A stretch of 64,000 nucleotides of DNA from Desulfosudis oleivorans (GTDB lineage Bacteria > Desulfobacterota > Desulfobacteria > Desulfobacterales > SURF-7), in the NCBI GenBank assembly GCA_020723325.1, contig DYJD01000027.1:15697-79696 (forward strand), read 5' to 3'. Under the pieces are notes generated by a model. It was given only the letters and a program-made list of their open reading frames with translations. It was not told the DNA's origin and searched no databases. Made by a program: the position numbers and the translations under genes. Of this stretch, positions 30,211 to 38,734 are shown in pieces. The stretch's first letter is position 1, and each line of letters starts with the position of its first letter.

Positions 30211-30741
30211 ATGCAGAAATTGAATCATATTCATCGGGGTGTAGTACGTGCGGCGATGAACGCCGATGGTTGGAAATTTGTTGGAGAATTCAATCGATAT
30301 CCAGAAGAAAACGGCAGCTATGTTTTTGTTTCATCTGATTTTGATCCGAATGATTTGTACTCAGAAATCATGGTTTGTACGCTGTATGAAGATTATGGCG
30401 ACATCGAGATCGGAGCAGTTCATGAGTTCAACAATGAATTCATTTATACGATTGTCTTTTTTCCCGGTTATAGTTTACTAGAAAAATTGACGGCCCGATA
30501 TCCGCTGAGGGTTCCCCTGGGGCCTGAAAACGGCCCGGCTCAGCGATACATGGAAGAATACCAACGAGAGATTTTAAACGGCATGCGCGGATTCCCCTCG
30601 CAAGATGAATGGATTCATATTCAACAAAAATGTATCGAGGCTGCTGAAAGCAATAATTTTGAAAGATCCCAAAATTTATTTTTACCCCCTGGTATGACGT
30701 TACCAGCGCAGGAATTGAAAAATGAGCAACTATATTTCTGA
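30211..30741 (+). CDS. Hypothetical protein
   Basis: AAGGAG RBS. Confidence 0.65.
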   Translation: MQKLNHIHRGVVRAAMNADGWKFVGEFNRYPEENGSYVFVSSDFDPNDLYSEIMVCTLYEDYGDIEIGAVHEFNNEFIYTIVFFPGYSLLEKLTARYPLRVPLGPENGPAQRYMEEYQREILNGMRGFPSQDEWIHIQQKCIEAAESNNFERSQNLFLPPGMTLPAQELKNEQLYF

Positions 30742-30964
30742 CTGGCCCAATAACACGGAATCGGCCCGCAAATGGGCTGATGGCTGGGTGAAGAACGCGG
30801 AAGAAACCGGAAATATATTTCCAGCTCAATGTATAAACAAGTGCGCCAAAGCCTTTAAAAAGCGTTTTTGTACAAACGGGATATGGGTACCTGGGGCTGA
30901 AGCTGTTTTTGAAATGCTACAGGACAAGGCCTGGGCCGCGGCACAAAAGGCGGACGAATACTAG
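30722..30964 (+). CDS. Hypothetical protein
   Basis: Overlaps the end of the previous gene; plausible helical protein. Confidence 0.55.
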   Translation: MSNYISDWPNNTESARKWADGWVKNAEETGNIFPAQCINKCAKAFKKRFCTNGIWVPGAEAVFEMLQDKAWAAAQKADEY

Positions 30965-31293
30965 TTGTAGTATATTACTATGAAATGATTTGATATTGGT
31001 CTTTCTTCTGAAAAATTAGGCCATCAAGCTCGGTTTCGAAGAATTAGAATAACAACGATTGGACAAAACGACAGCAATGTGATTTGTTACAAAGTAACAA
31101 ACTCCTCATGACAAAAAACAATTTAGAAGAATGAATATGGGTTCAAATGCGGCTGCTGTTAAGATGCAAGCAGAGACAGCCTGGGAAAACCGAAAGAATT
31201 TTATTTGTCAGGCGCTTGAGCTTAAAGATCCGATTCTGATTGTCGCCGGACCGACCGGCAGGCTATGGGATTGGATGCGAAAGGGGATTGCTG

Positions 31294-31482
31294 ATGAGAA
31301 GAAATAATTTCTGCGAATCAATAACTGTCTATCGCTGTGCGGCGGCCGATGAGGACGAAATGAAAAAGTGTAATTTTTTTGAGTCTGCCGAAGATGGCGG
31401 GCATTGCGGAAATGCGATGGAGATTATTCCAGGCATGATAAGATGCCATTCAAAACGGGCGCAAAAGAATTCAATGGCGTGA
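31294..31482 (+). CDS. Small Cys-rich hypothetical protein
   Basis: AGGGGGA RBS before MRRNNFCES; five Cys residues. Confidence 0.45.
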   Translation: MRRNNFCESITVYRCAAADEDEMKKCNFFESAEDGGHCGNAMEIIPGMIRCHSKRAQKNSMA

Positions 31483-31501
31483 ATAAAAATAAGGGAAGAG
31501 C

Positions 31502-31735
31502 GTGATGGACCGATCAGTTTTTGAACAGAATATGAATTATGCGAAGACGATGCATTCGATCGGTGAACAGAGTGAATACTGGAATGGATACATGCGTGGT
31601 TTGCGCCGCCGATACCATGGAGAGAATTTTGGCACGGAAGAGGAGCACCAACTTTGGCTGACGGCCAATGGTGACGATACTCATGACCAGCGGTCAGCCG
31701 GATATAAAGTCTGTTATTTCGGCCCTTGGCGATAG
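31502..31735 (+). CDS. Hypothetical protein
   Basis: YWNGYMRGLRRRYHGENFGTEEEH; operonic. Confidence 0.6.
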   Translation: MMDRSVFEQNMNYAKTMHSIGEQSEYWNGYMRGLRRRYHGENFGTEEEHQLWLTANGDDTHDQRSAGYKVCYFGPWR

Positions 31736-31785
31736 GTCGATTTTCCGGTATTTCAACTCTGAAAAATGCAAAGGGCGGTCCCCCC

Positions 31786-32220
31786 ATGACGGATATAATT
31801 CACATTAAAAATAATGGGCAAGAAATTGTTGAAACAAATTATTACGATACGCCGAACGCCAGGGCGGGCTATTTTTATTTGAGCACGAACGCTGGCTGTT
31901 TTCGTTTATTGGTGCCGGATTCTCAATTATCGGTTTTGAGCGAATTGAGCACCGGCAGGGAAATAATTATTTCACGAGGTCCATGGCCTGAGCAGAGAAA
32001 GAAAGATGCTTTAGAATTGTTATTTGAAGATGACTCGGATAATCCTTTTTCGTTGCATATTTTACCAGAGCAGTGTGATCGATTGCCGGAAAAGAAGGAC
32101 GCAGGGAAAAGATGGTTGTTTTCCGTTTGGTCTCGAACCGGAAAACATTTTGAAGCCCCCTGTTATTATCGACAGGTTAAAAAATTGCCTTGGCTAAAGC
32201 CTTATACCGGTCAAAGGTAA
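31786..32220 (+). CDS. CcgAII-like plasmid protein
   Basis: NNGQEIVETNYYD...GYFYLS.NAG.FRLLVPD...IISRG...DALELLFED.S..PF.LHI..EQCDRL resembles IncN CcgAII (recalled, not searched). Confidence 0.6.
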   Translation: MTDIIHIKNNGQEIVETNYYDTPNARAGYFYLSTNAGCFRLLVPDSQLSVLSELSTGREIIISRGPWPEQRKKDALELLFEDDSDNPFSLHILPEQCDRLPEKKDAGKRWLFSVWSRTGKHFEAPCYYRQVKKLPWLKPYTGQR

Positions 32221-32229
32221 TTGTAAAAT

Positions 32230-32388
32230 GCGGCAACGGGGTAAAGATTTATTTGGTGCGGAGTTCGGTCTAGTGTCCCCGCGCTGGGGAATCTCAATAA
32301 TTCCCTAGAGCGGGGACACGGTGGGGCAGGTACAGCCTAAAAATTTGTTTTCGGGAGAGGCCCCGCGAAGCGGGAAAATTTTCTATCG
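32230..32388. repeat. Structured direct repeat copy 1 (ssi-like; long hairpin plus GCGAAGC mini-hairpin)
   Basis: GTGTCCCCGC...GCGGGGACAC and CCCGC-GAA-GCGGG; second copy 1137 bp downstream. Confidence 0.85.
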
Positions 32389-32422
32389 ATTTTTCAACAT
32401 TGTTCAAGATCGGCCAAGGGCT

Positions 32423-33331
32423 ATGATTTCCATATCGAATCTTTATTCCAAATTCCAAAAGCTCGGCCTTGTTGAGGCTGCGGTGAAAATCCAACCGCCG
32501 CAACACGCCGGAGGCTATATCCTGATAAAATCCGGTATGGATCATCATGCCCCAACTCTCGGGTTGCTCAACATTGCCACAAGTTTTGTTACCTGGTGGC
32601 AATGCCGTCAAAGAACAGTCTGGCGAATAACTCCACTGACAGCCGAGTACATCCGATCAGTGAATCTAACATTCCTGCCAGAAACATCTCCGCCTTCGTG
32701 GACCGGAAATGCCATTCTGATTGAATCCACCAGACCGGAAAAGCCCCTATTCGATGACGTCTTTTCCATGGCCTGCTATCGGATTCCGGATATGACCGGC
32801 CGCGATCGATATTTTTTTATTCTGCTTTCATATCCAGACGGGGTTATGGTTTTTTCCATTGCCACGGATCTTTTTAGGATCAATCAGAAAATGGCTGAGT
32901 CCGGAGAAATGTTCATGCCTGGATGGATTGATGACACCGGTCTGGATTTAGATAGGTCAGTTCCCCGGGAAAAAAAGCAAACGGCATACAACGCCATTCG
33001 ATTTGTTTTCGCCTTCAGTTATTATGTGGATTCTCCGGCCAGGATGATAATGACCATTGAACCCGGGCCGCCGGTTAAAAATGAGAGAGGGAAGGTCGTC
33101 AAGAAAGACGGACAACCAACCTCCCAGTGGCGGTATGTGACGGCCCAGATCGTCAAAAAGGCAGACCTACCGAAGGAAGAACGTCCCCTTGATAAATCAA
33201 ACCTATCTTTGGAGCCAGTCCTTGTTGTTCCCCATATTCGTCGGCGAGGCGATAAAATCATCATCGTAGATCAACATGATTCTCATCGGTGGAAAAATCC
33301 AGAAAAGATCGCATCTAAAATTTCGATATGA
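32423..33331 (+). CDS. Hypothetical protein (~302 aa) flanked by direct repeats
   Basis: Long ORF; first ATG after the repeat is at 32423; C-terminal PHIRRR. Confidence 0.75.
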   Translation: MISISNLYSKFQKLGLVEAAVKIQPPQHAGGYILIKSGMDHHAPTLGLLNIATSFVTWWQCRQRTVWRITPLTAEYIRSVNLTFLPETSPPSWTGNAILIESTRPEKPLFDDVFSMACYRIPDMTGRDRYFFILLSYPDGVMVFSIATDLFRINQKMAESGEMFMPGWIDDTGLDLDRSVPREKKQTAYNAIRFVFAFSYYVDSPARMIMTIEPGPPVKNERGKVVKKDGQPTSQWRYVTAQIVKKADLPKEERPLDKSNLSLEPVLVVPHIRRRGDKIIIVDQHDSHRWKNPEKIASKISI

Positions 33332-33366
33332 AGTATGGGTAAAAAATAGTTGCGTGCTTTCGGAAA

Positions 33367-33525
33367 GCGGCAAAGGTTTTATGAGTTATTTGGTGCGGAG
33401 TTCGGCCTAGTGTCCCCGCGCTGGGGAATCTCAATAATTCCATAGAGCGGGGACACGGGGGGGCAGGTACAGCCTAAAAATTTGCTTTTTGGGGAGGCCC
33501 CGCGAAGCGGGAAAATTTTCTATCG
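33367..33525. repeat. Structured direct repeat copy 2
   Basis: Highly similar to 32230-32388. Confidence 0.85.
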
Positions 33526-33591
33526 TTTTTTTGGCTTTGTTTAAGCTCAGCTTCGGCATTATCCTTAATTTTCAGTGATGCGTTTTATTGT

Positions 33592-33850
33592 TTGCAGCCA
33601 TTTTGCGCCCCGCCTCCCTGCCTAAACATTTGCAATAGAACCTCGGCTTTTAAATCTAGTAGATCGCGAACTCGCCGGCATGGCCCACCCTGCAAAGGCT
33701 GCCTTTATTCCATACAACAATCCTTCGCAAACCAGGCATTACAGCATTTATCGTTCCCACGCCCCGGCAGGCGCAAAATGGCTGCAACAGGGAGTTCCGT
33801 CTAAAATTTTGATTTCGCTGCGCTGGCTATTTTGCGCGGGGCCGCGCTTT
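33592..33850. repeat. Long stem-loop element copy 2 (Frpo/ssi-like)
   Basis: TTGCAGCCATTTTGCGCC...GGCGCAAAATGGCTGCAA (33592-33787). Confidence 0.75.
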
Positions 33851-34159
33851 TTACCCATTCACGGCCTCTGAAACTTTTTCAAGGTTATCCACAGGCTCGT
33901 TATTCGGTGTATCCTTATCATCCTCTATGATACCAAACAATTCTTTATCATGCTTTCGAGTTAAATACGGTTTTAGTAATTTAGCGAGTTCCTTTTCCCG
34001 TCCTTTATATTTTTGTAACAAGTATGCTCCGGCGAGGATCTTGCGCCTGGTATCGCGTTTTTCTTCTTCTTTTCGCTCTTTGGCTTTCATGTTTGCGATT
34101 TGGGCTTCCAACTGTTTTTTCTTTTCAAGTAGCTTATCTACCTTTGATTTTTCAGTCAT
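33851..34159 (-). CDS. Relaxosome accessory protein (Ti-type TraD/MobS-like)
   Basis: Coiled coil then ERKEEEKRDTRRKILAGA; divergent from the relaxase across oriT; GGAGA RBS. Confidence 0.78.
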   Translation of the reverse strand: MTEKSKVDKLLEKKKQLEAQIANMKAKERKEEEKRDTRRKILAGAYLLQKYKGREKELAKLLKPYLTRKHDKELFGIIEDDKDTPNNEPVDNLEKVSEAVNG

Positions 34160-34292
34160 ATTTTCTCCATGGAATGAGGTAACAAGATAGTATCGCGGAT
34201 AAAATACTTGACTTTGGGAAAAAAATCCACGAAAATTTAAAGCGAGGGTAAAGGGAAAAACAATCGGGTGCCGAGGCGACCCGAAGCAGAGC

Positions 34293-34324
34293 AAGGGCGC
34301 ACTTATAGGTTGCAAGCAACCCAT
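34293..34324 (-). other. oriT of the MOBQ (RSF1010/pTi) family
   Basis: Minus strand reads TATGGGTTGC-TT-GCAACCTATAAGTGCG^CCCTT: inverted repeat followed by the conserved TAAGTGCGCCCT nick motif. Confidence 0.9.
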
Positions 34325-34366
34325 ACTAACAGAATCGGCCATATCGGCCTACCATCTTGGATAAGA

Positions 34367-37300
34367 ATGGCGAGCTATCATTTGTCAGTCAAGGTATTCG
34401 GTAGAAGCGGAGGCAAAAGCGCTCCAGCGGCGGCGGCATACCGTGCTCGCACGGCCTTGACGGATAATCGGCAGGGTCTATCTTTCGATTACTCAGCAAA
34501 ACAAGATCTGGGATTTTCAGTGATTATGGCTCCAGATCATGCCCCAGCTTGGGTATATGACCGCTCAAGCCTTTGGAATGCTGTTGAAGCTTCAGAAAAA
34601 CGGAAAGATTCCCAAGTAGCCCGCGAAGTTGAAATCGCTCTTCCAAAAGAACTGACGCTTGAACAAAACATAGAACTGTTGAAAGAGTTTACCCAGAAAA
34701 ATTTCGTGGATCTTGGCATGATTGCCGATGTTAATATCCACAACAATGAAAAGAATCCCCATGCCCATATCATGCTCACAACCCGCGAGATCACACCCGA
34801 CGGCTTTGGGAAAAAGAATACCGATTGGAACAAAAGAGAAAATGTTCTGATTTGGCGAGAAGGCTGGGCCAATTTACAGAATATTCATTTGCAACAAGCC
34901 GGTTTTGATATCCAAGTCGATCACCGGTCCCATGCCGACCGTGGGATTGATTTAGAGCCCCAGATTCATTTGGGACCCGATCAAAAAGCTGAATCCGACG
35001 AGAAAAGAAAACCTGATCGCATTGAAGAATACCGACGGATTGCCCGAGAAAACGGCGAACGGATTATTGCCGATCCCTCCATTGCATTGGATGTCCTTAC
35101 CCGCCATCAAGGTATTTTTACCCATTTGGAAATTGATAAATTTGCACATTCACATTCTGTCGATGAAAAGCAATTTTTTAAAGTCGTAAGAGCTATTGAA
35201 GAAAGCTCGTCGCTATTGAGGATAGGGGACAATGAAAATGGCGTTTTGTGTTACACCACCAAGGAAATGATTCAGGCCGAAAAAGAAATGCTGACAGCGG
35301 CTCACGAAATGAAAAACGCCAATTATCGTTTCAGCGATTCCAAAAAAGTCGAACCGGTCCTCGCCACGAGGACCTTGACCCAAGAGCAGGAAAAAGTATT
35401 TCGGGATATCATGTACGGTCCGCCGCTTTCATTGGTGATCGGCAAGGCCGGCACCGGCAAAAGCTATACCCTTGACGCGGTAAGGGAGGCTTATGAAGCC
35501 CAGGGATTTACCGTGAGGGGAGCGGCCCTTTCCGGGATTGCGGCTGAAGGCCTTCAGAATTCGAGCGGGATCGAAAGCCGGACCATCCATAGCCTGCTTA
35601 ATCAATTGGACCAGGGCCGGGAGCAGCTCAATAAAAATCATGTTTTGATTGTTGATGAGGCCGGCATGGTAGGCACAAGACAAATGCACCGGATCGTCCA
35701 ATATGCGCATGATGCTGACGCAAGATTGATTCTTGTGGGGGATGTGGATCAATTGCAGCCCATCGAGGCCGGCGGCCCGTTCCGTGGTCTGGTGGGGCGT
35801 CACTATTCTTCAGAACTTCAAACCATCATGCGGCAAAAGCAAGATTGGCAAAAACAAGCCACCCATGAATTATCCAACATGGTAAACAATTATGAATTCA
35901 AGAAGGGGCTGGACCGATATGCCCAGGCCGGCCAGATTCATGGGTATAAATCTTTTGACTCAGCCAAGGCGGGTTTAATTCAGGAATGGAGCCAATATCA
36001 AAAAGAAAATTATGGCAAGTCCAGTTTGATTTTGGCCCATCGCCGGGCCGATGTGTCTGAACTGAATTTGGCCGCCCGCGAGGAACTGAAAAAGACCGGG
36101 CTTATTTCCAGCAAGGAATATGAAATCGAAACCGCCCGGGGTGACCGGATGTTTGCCCAAGGGGAACGCATCATGTTTTTGAGGAACGAAAACTCCATGG
36201 GCGTGAAAAACGGATCCCTGGGAACCGTGACCGCTTTTGGTTCGGGCGGGGGCTCCATGACCGTGCGTATGGATGATGGCCGGGCGCTGGCGTTTGACAC
36301 TCATATGTACAACAACTTTGATCATGGGTATGCGGCGACGATCCATAAAACCCAAGGTGTGACCGTGGACCGCACTTTTATTCTAGGCACCTATGGTCTT
36401 GATCGGCAGTTGGTCTATGTGGCCTTTTCTCGGCATCGTGAAAACGTTTCTTTGCATGCCGGGGTAGGGAAGGGGAAGGACGAATTCCGCGATTACAAAC
36501 ATATGAGGGAAGTGTTCCTTAAGAGCCGTGAGAAGGGTTTGGTTTTGGATTACGCACATTTTAGAGGGGTGTTCGATACGGATAAGGCTCTTTATCCGAA
36601 ACTCAATCCTGCTGAATACGCGGTATCAAAAGGGTATGCCGTAGACAAAAACATGAGCTATCCGAATTCCCTAGTGTTGGATGGAAAGGACGATAAAATT
36701 CTAGTTTCCAGAGATAAGGAAGGCAATTATTCGTATACCTCTCTGAACGGCAAGGGAACTGGCTCAATCGTCGAATTGCATCAAGCCGTAACCGGCCAAA
36801 ATCCTGCCCAGGCCCGGGAAGCGGTGCAAACATGGCTGGTCCAAAAATCGGAACCGGCAATAACGATTCCCAACATCAATTCTTACATTGGGCGTGAGGA
36901 GGCTTTTAAGCAGCTTCACAGCGCCCATGCCATCGATCCGGAAAATCCCTATCTGGAAGGGAAGGGGATCTTTAAAAAGACGCTTCAGGATGTTCGATTC
37001 AAATATGTGGTGTTTCAGGATGAAAATAAAAACGTGCTGTATGCCTTTCGGGACCGTGAAGGCCTTACCGGGTTCGAGGAGCGGAACACAACCCATACTC
37101 GGTATAGTAGCGATGTTCACGGGGTTTGGGAATCATTCAAAAGGCCGGGGGACACCCAGCTTGTAATCACCGACACGCCGTTACAGGCGCTCTCGTATCA
37201 TCAGTTGCACGGGGACGAAAACACGCGGTATCTGGCGGTGTCCACCGGCATCAACACCAAGGCACAGAAAGAGATGATCAGGGAACGGATTTCTGGGATG

Positions 37301-37555
37301 CCCGAAGGTTCAGACATCGTGATTGCCACCGGTCATGGTGAAAGAAACGAACGGATAGCCGGCGGCTTGGAAAGATTGTATGCCGAGGTTAAGCGGGATG
37401 ACCTTACCATCAAACGCGAGAAGCCGAAAGATGATTTCAATCTTGATTTGAGAGAGAAATTATCTGAATTGGAATTGAAGTTCCCTGGCTTGTCGAAGGA
37501 GAGGGGGCTGGAACTGGGGAAAAACCCGCGTAATTTGCCGGGATTATCACTGTGA
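34367..37555 (+). CDS. traA: Ti-type conjugative relaxase TraA (MobA/MobL relaxase + RecD-like helicase + DUF3991/Toprim-like tail)
   Basis: MASYHLSVK..RS.GKSA.AAAAYR, NPHAHIMLTTR, VDHRS, GKAGTGKS, VDEAGMV, GYAATIHKTQGVTVD. Confidence 0.93.
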   Translation: MASYHLSVKVFGRSGGKSAPAAAAYRARTALTDNRQGLSFDYSAKQDLGFSVIMAPDHAPAWVYDRSSLWNAVEASEKRKDSQVAREVEIALPKELTLEQNIELLKEFTQKNFVDLGMIADVNIHNNEKNPHAHIMLTTREITPDGFGKKNTDWNKRENVLIWREGWANLQNIHLQQAGFDIQVDHRSHADRGIDLEPQIHLGPDQKAESDEKRKPDRIEEYRRIARENGERIIADPSIALDVLTRHQGIFTHLEIDKFAHSHSVDEKQFFKVVRAIEESSSLLRIGDNENGVLCYTTKEMIQAEKEMLTAAHEMKNANYRFSDSKKVEPVLATRTLTQEQEKVFRDIMYGPPLSLVIGKAGTGKSYTLDAVREAYEAQGFTVRGAALSGIAAEGLQNSSGIESRTIHSLLNQLDQGREQLNKNHVLIVDEAGMVGTRQMHRIVQYAHDADARLILVGDVDQLQPIEAGGPFRGLVGRHYSSELQTIMRQKQDWQKQATHELSNMVNNYEFKKGLDRYAQAGQIHGYKSFDSAKAGLIQEWSQYQKENYGKSSLILAHRRADVSELNLAAREELKKTGLISSKEYEIETARGDRMFAQGERIMFLRNENSMGVKNGSLGTVTAFGSGGGSMTVRMDDGRALAFDTHMYNNFDHGYAATIHKTQGVTVDRTFILGTYGLDRQLVYVAFSRHRENVSLHAGVGKGKDEFRDYKHMREVFLKSREKGLVLDYAHFRGVFDTDKALYPKLNPAEYAVSKGYAVDKNMSYPNSLVLDGKDDKILVSRDKEGNYSYTSLNGKGTGSIVELHQAVTGQNPAQAREAVQTWLVQKSEPAITIPNINSYIGREEAFKQLHSAHAIDPENPYLEGKGIFKKTLQDVRFKYVVFQDENKNVLYAFRDREGLTGFEERNTTHTRYSSDVHGVWESFKRPGDTQLVITDTPLQALSYHQLHGDENTRYLAVSTGINTKAQKEMIRERISGMPEGSDIVIATGHGERNERIAGGLERLYAEVKRDDLTIKREKPKDDFNLDLREKLSELELKFPGLSKERGLELGKNPRNLPGLSL

Positions 37556-37565
37556 AATATCGATA

Positions 37566-38273
37566 TCAGCTAAACTGTTGCATGAGGTCCATCATGTTTT
37601 TGATGACCTGGGCAAAGCGCTGAAACCCTGAAAACATTTGCTTCAAACCGTCCAGCTCGGCCGGCTGGGCGCTGTTCGCGATGCCCCAGAATTGCGTCGC
37701 AAATTCGATCATTTTAGGGTTGTTTATTATTTCACTATCACCACCGCCCTCGGCCAGGATTGATTCAACAAATTGATGGATGGCAAGCGAGGCCTCGAAG
37801 CGCTGCACCGGGACGGGCATGGAAATAGCCTTGACAGCGGCCAGCCGCTCATTCATCAAGCTGTTAGGTGGTTTTCTTTTACCTGTTAATGATTCGAAGC
37901 CGAGTTCAAAGTCATTCTTTTCCATGATTCTGTCAATTGTGCCTTGTTTGATCTTGCTGCAAAGATCAAGGATGTGTTCATTCCCGGCAAGGATTCTTTG
38001 GTTTAATTCAACCAGCCGTTCAACCTCGGAGCGCTGGTCCGGGTTAAGGCTTTGGGCAAGCCAGCAGTTGAGTTGCTCCCCATGCCGGATGCAATGCTCC
38101 CTGGCTTGCGAGTATGCCTGGATCGTGCGATTGATGATCCGGTCATCAAAAATATGCGGTTCAACTATACCCCGCTTCAGGGCCGAGATTTGATTCTGGT
38201 TGTTTTTCGCCATGAAATCCATCTGGTGGGCGATGGTGGATAGCCAACTGATATCTTGAAAGTTTTGGGTCAT
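37566..38273 (-). CDS. Hypothetical helical protein
   Basis: 235-aa ORF overlapping the response regulator stop. Confidence 0.65.
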   Translation of the reverse strand: MTQNFQDISWLSTIAHQMDFMAKNNQNQISALKRGIVEPHIFDDRIINRTIQAYSQAREHCIRHGEQLNCWLAQSLNPDQRSEVERLVELNQRILAGNEHILDLCSKIKQGTIDRIMEKNDFELGFESLTGKRKPPNSLMNERLAAVKAISMPVPVQRFEASLAIHQFVESILAEGGGDSEIINNPKMIEFATQFWGIANSAQPAELDGLKQMFSGFQRFAQVIKNMMDLMQQFS

Positions 38274-38734
38274 ACAATTGCCTTACGTTCAGGCTTTGGG
38301 ACGGGCGAAGTAAGTCCGTCAACAGCCGGTTTGATTATTGATCCTGATACATTATCATGTGAGGCCTTCTGTAAAAGCCTTCGAATGGAGGTTCTCAATT
38401 CCTTCAAATCACATGGTTTCCTCATAAGCAAATCCACGCCTTTTTCCCGCCAGTTTCGATGAATATCCTCGTGGAAAGAACCGGTCAGCATCAGCACCGG
38501 TGTTCCCGGAGAAGTTTTTTTGATCTCCGTGATCATAGAATACCCGTCCATTTTGGACATCCGGTAATCCGTGACCACCAGATCAGCCGCAACGGCCTTG
38601 AACTTTTCCAGGCCGTCCATACCATTTTCGGCAATATTCACTTGGTAGCCCATTCTGGTGAGGCACATTATCAGAACTTTGCGACAGCCGATATCATCGT
38701 CTACTACTAAAATTTTTTTCATGAGCCCCTTCAC
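38270..38734 (-). CDS. Single-domain response regulator (receiver)
   Basis: KKILVVDDD...VVTDYRMSKMDG...LTG...RKP. Confidence 0.88.
   Translation of the reverse strand: MKGLMKKILVVDDDIGCRKVLIMCLTRMGYQVNIAENGMDGLEKFKAVAADLVVTDYRMSKMDGYSMITEIKKTSPGTPVLMLTGSFHEDIHRNWREKGVDLLMRKPCDLKELRTSIRRLLQKASHDNVSGSIIKPAVDGLTSPVPKPERKAIV

Larger units (their letters stand above)
1..37555. mobile_element. Conjugative element backbone (F-type MPF, rep/parA, leading region, oriT, MOBQ relaxase); probably a plasmid extending beyond the window
   Basis: Ordered tra operon, parA next to an iteron-bearing gene, oriT motif and relaxase; no integrase seen in the window. Confidence 0.9.

Noticed and set aside
20856-31100. 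Integron attC array
   Set aside because: No integron integrase in the window, no attC R/L box architecture, and the modules carry their own promoters
32273-32319. GTGTCCCCGCGC..GGGGA resembles a type I-E CRISPR repeat (array or solitary repeat unit)
   Set aside because: Only two copies 1137 bp apart, each part of a longer hairpin within a 160-bp repeat; no spacers and no cas genes in the window
34268-34366. N-terminal extensions of the relaxase and TraD-like ORFs in the track
   Set aside because: They run across oriT; the family motifs begin at ATG 34367 and ATG 34159
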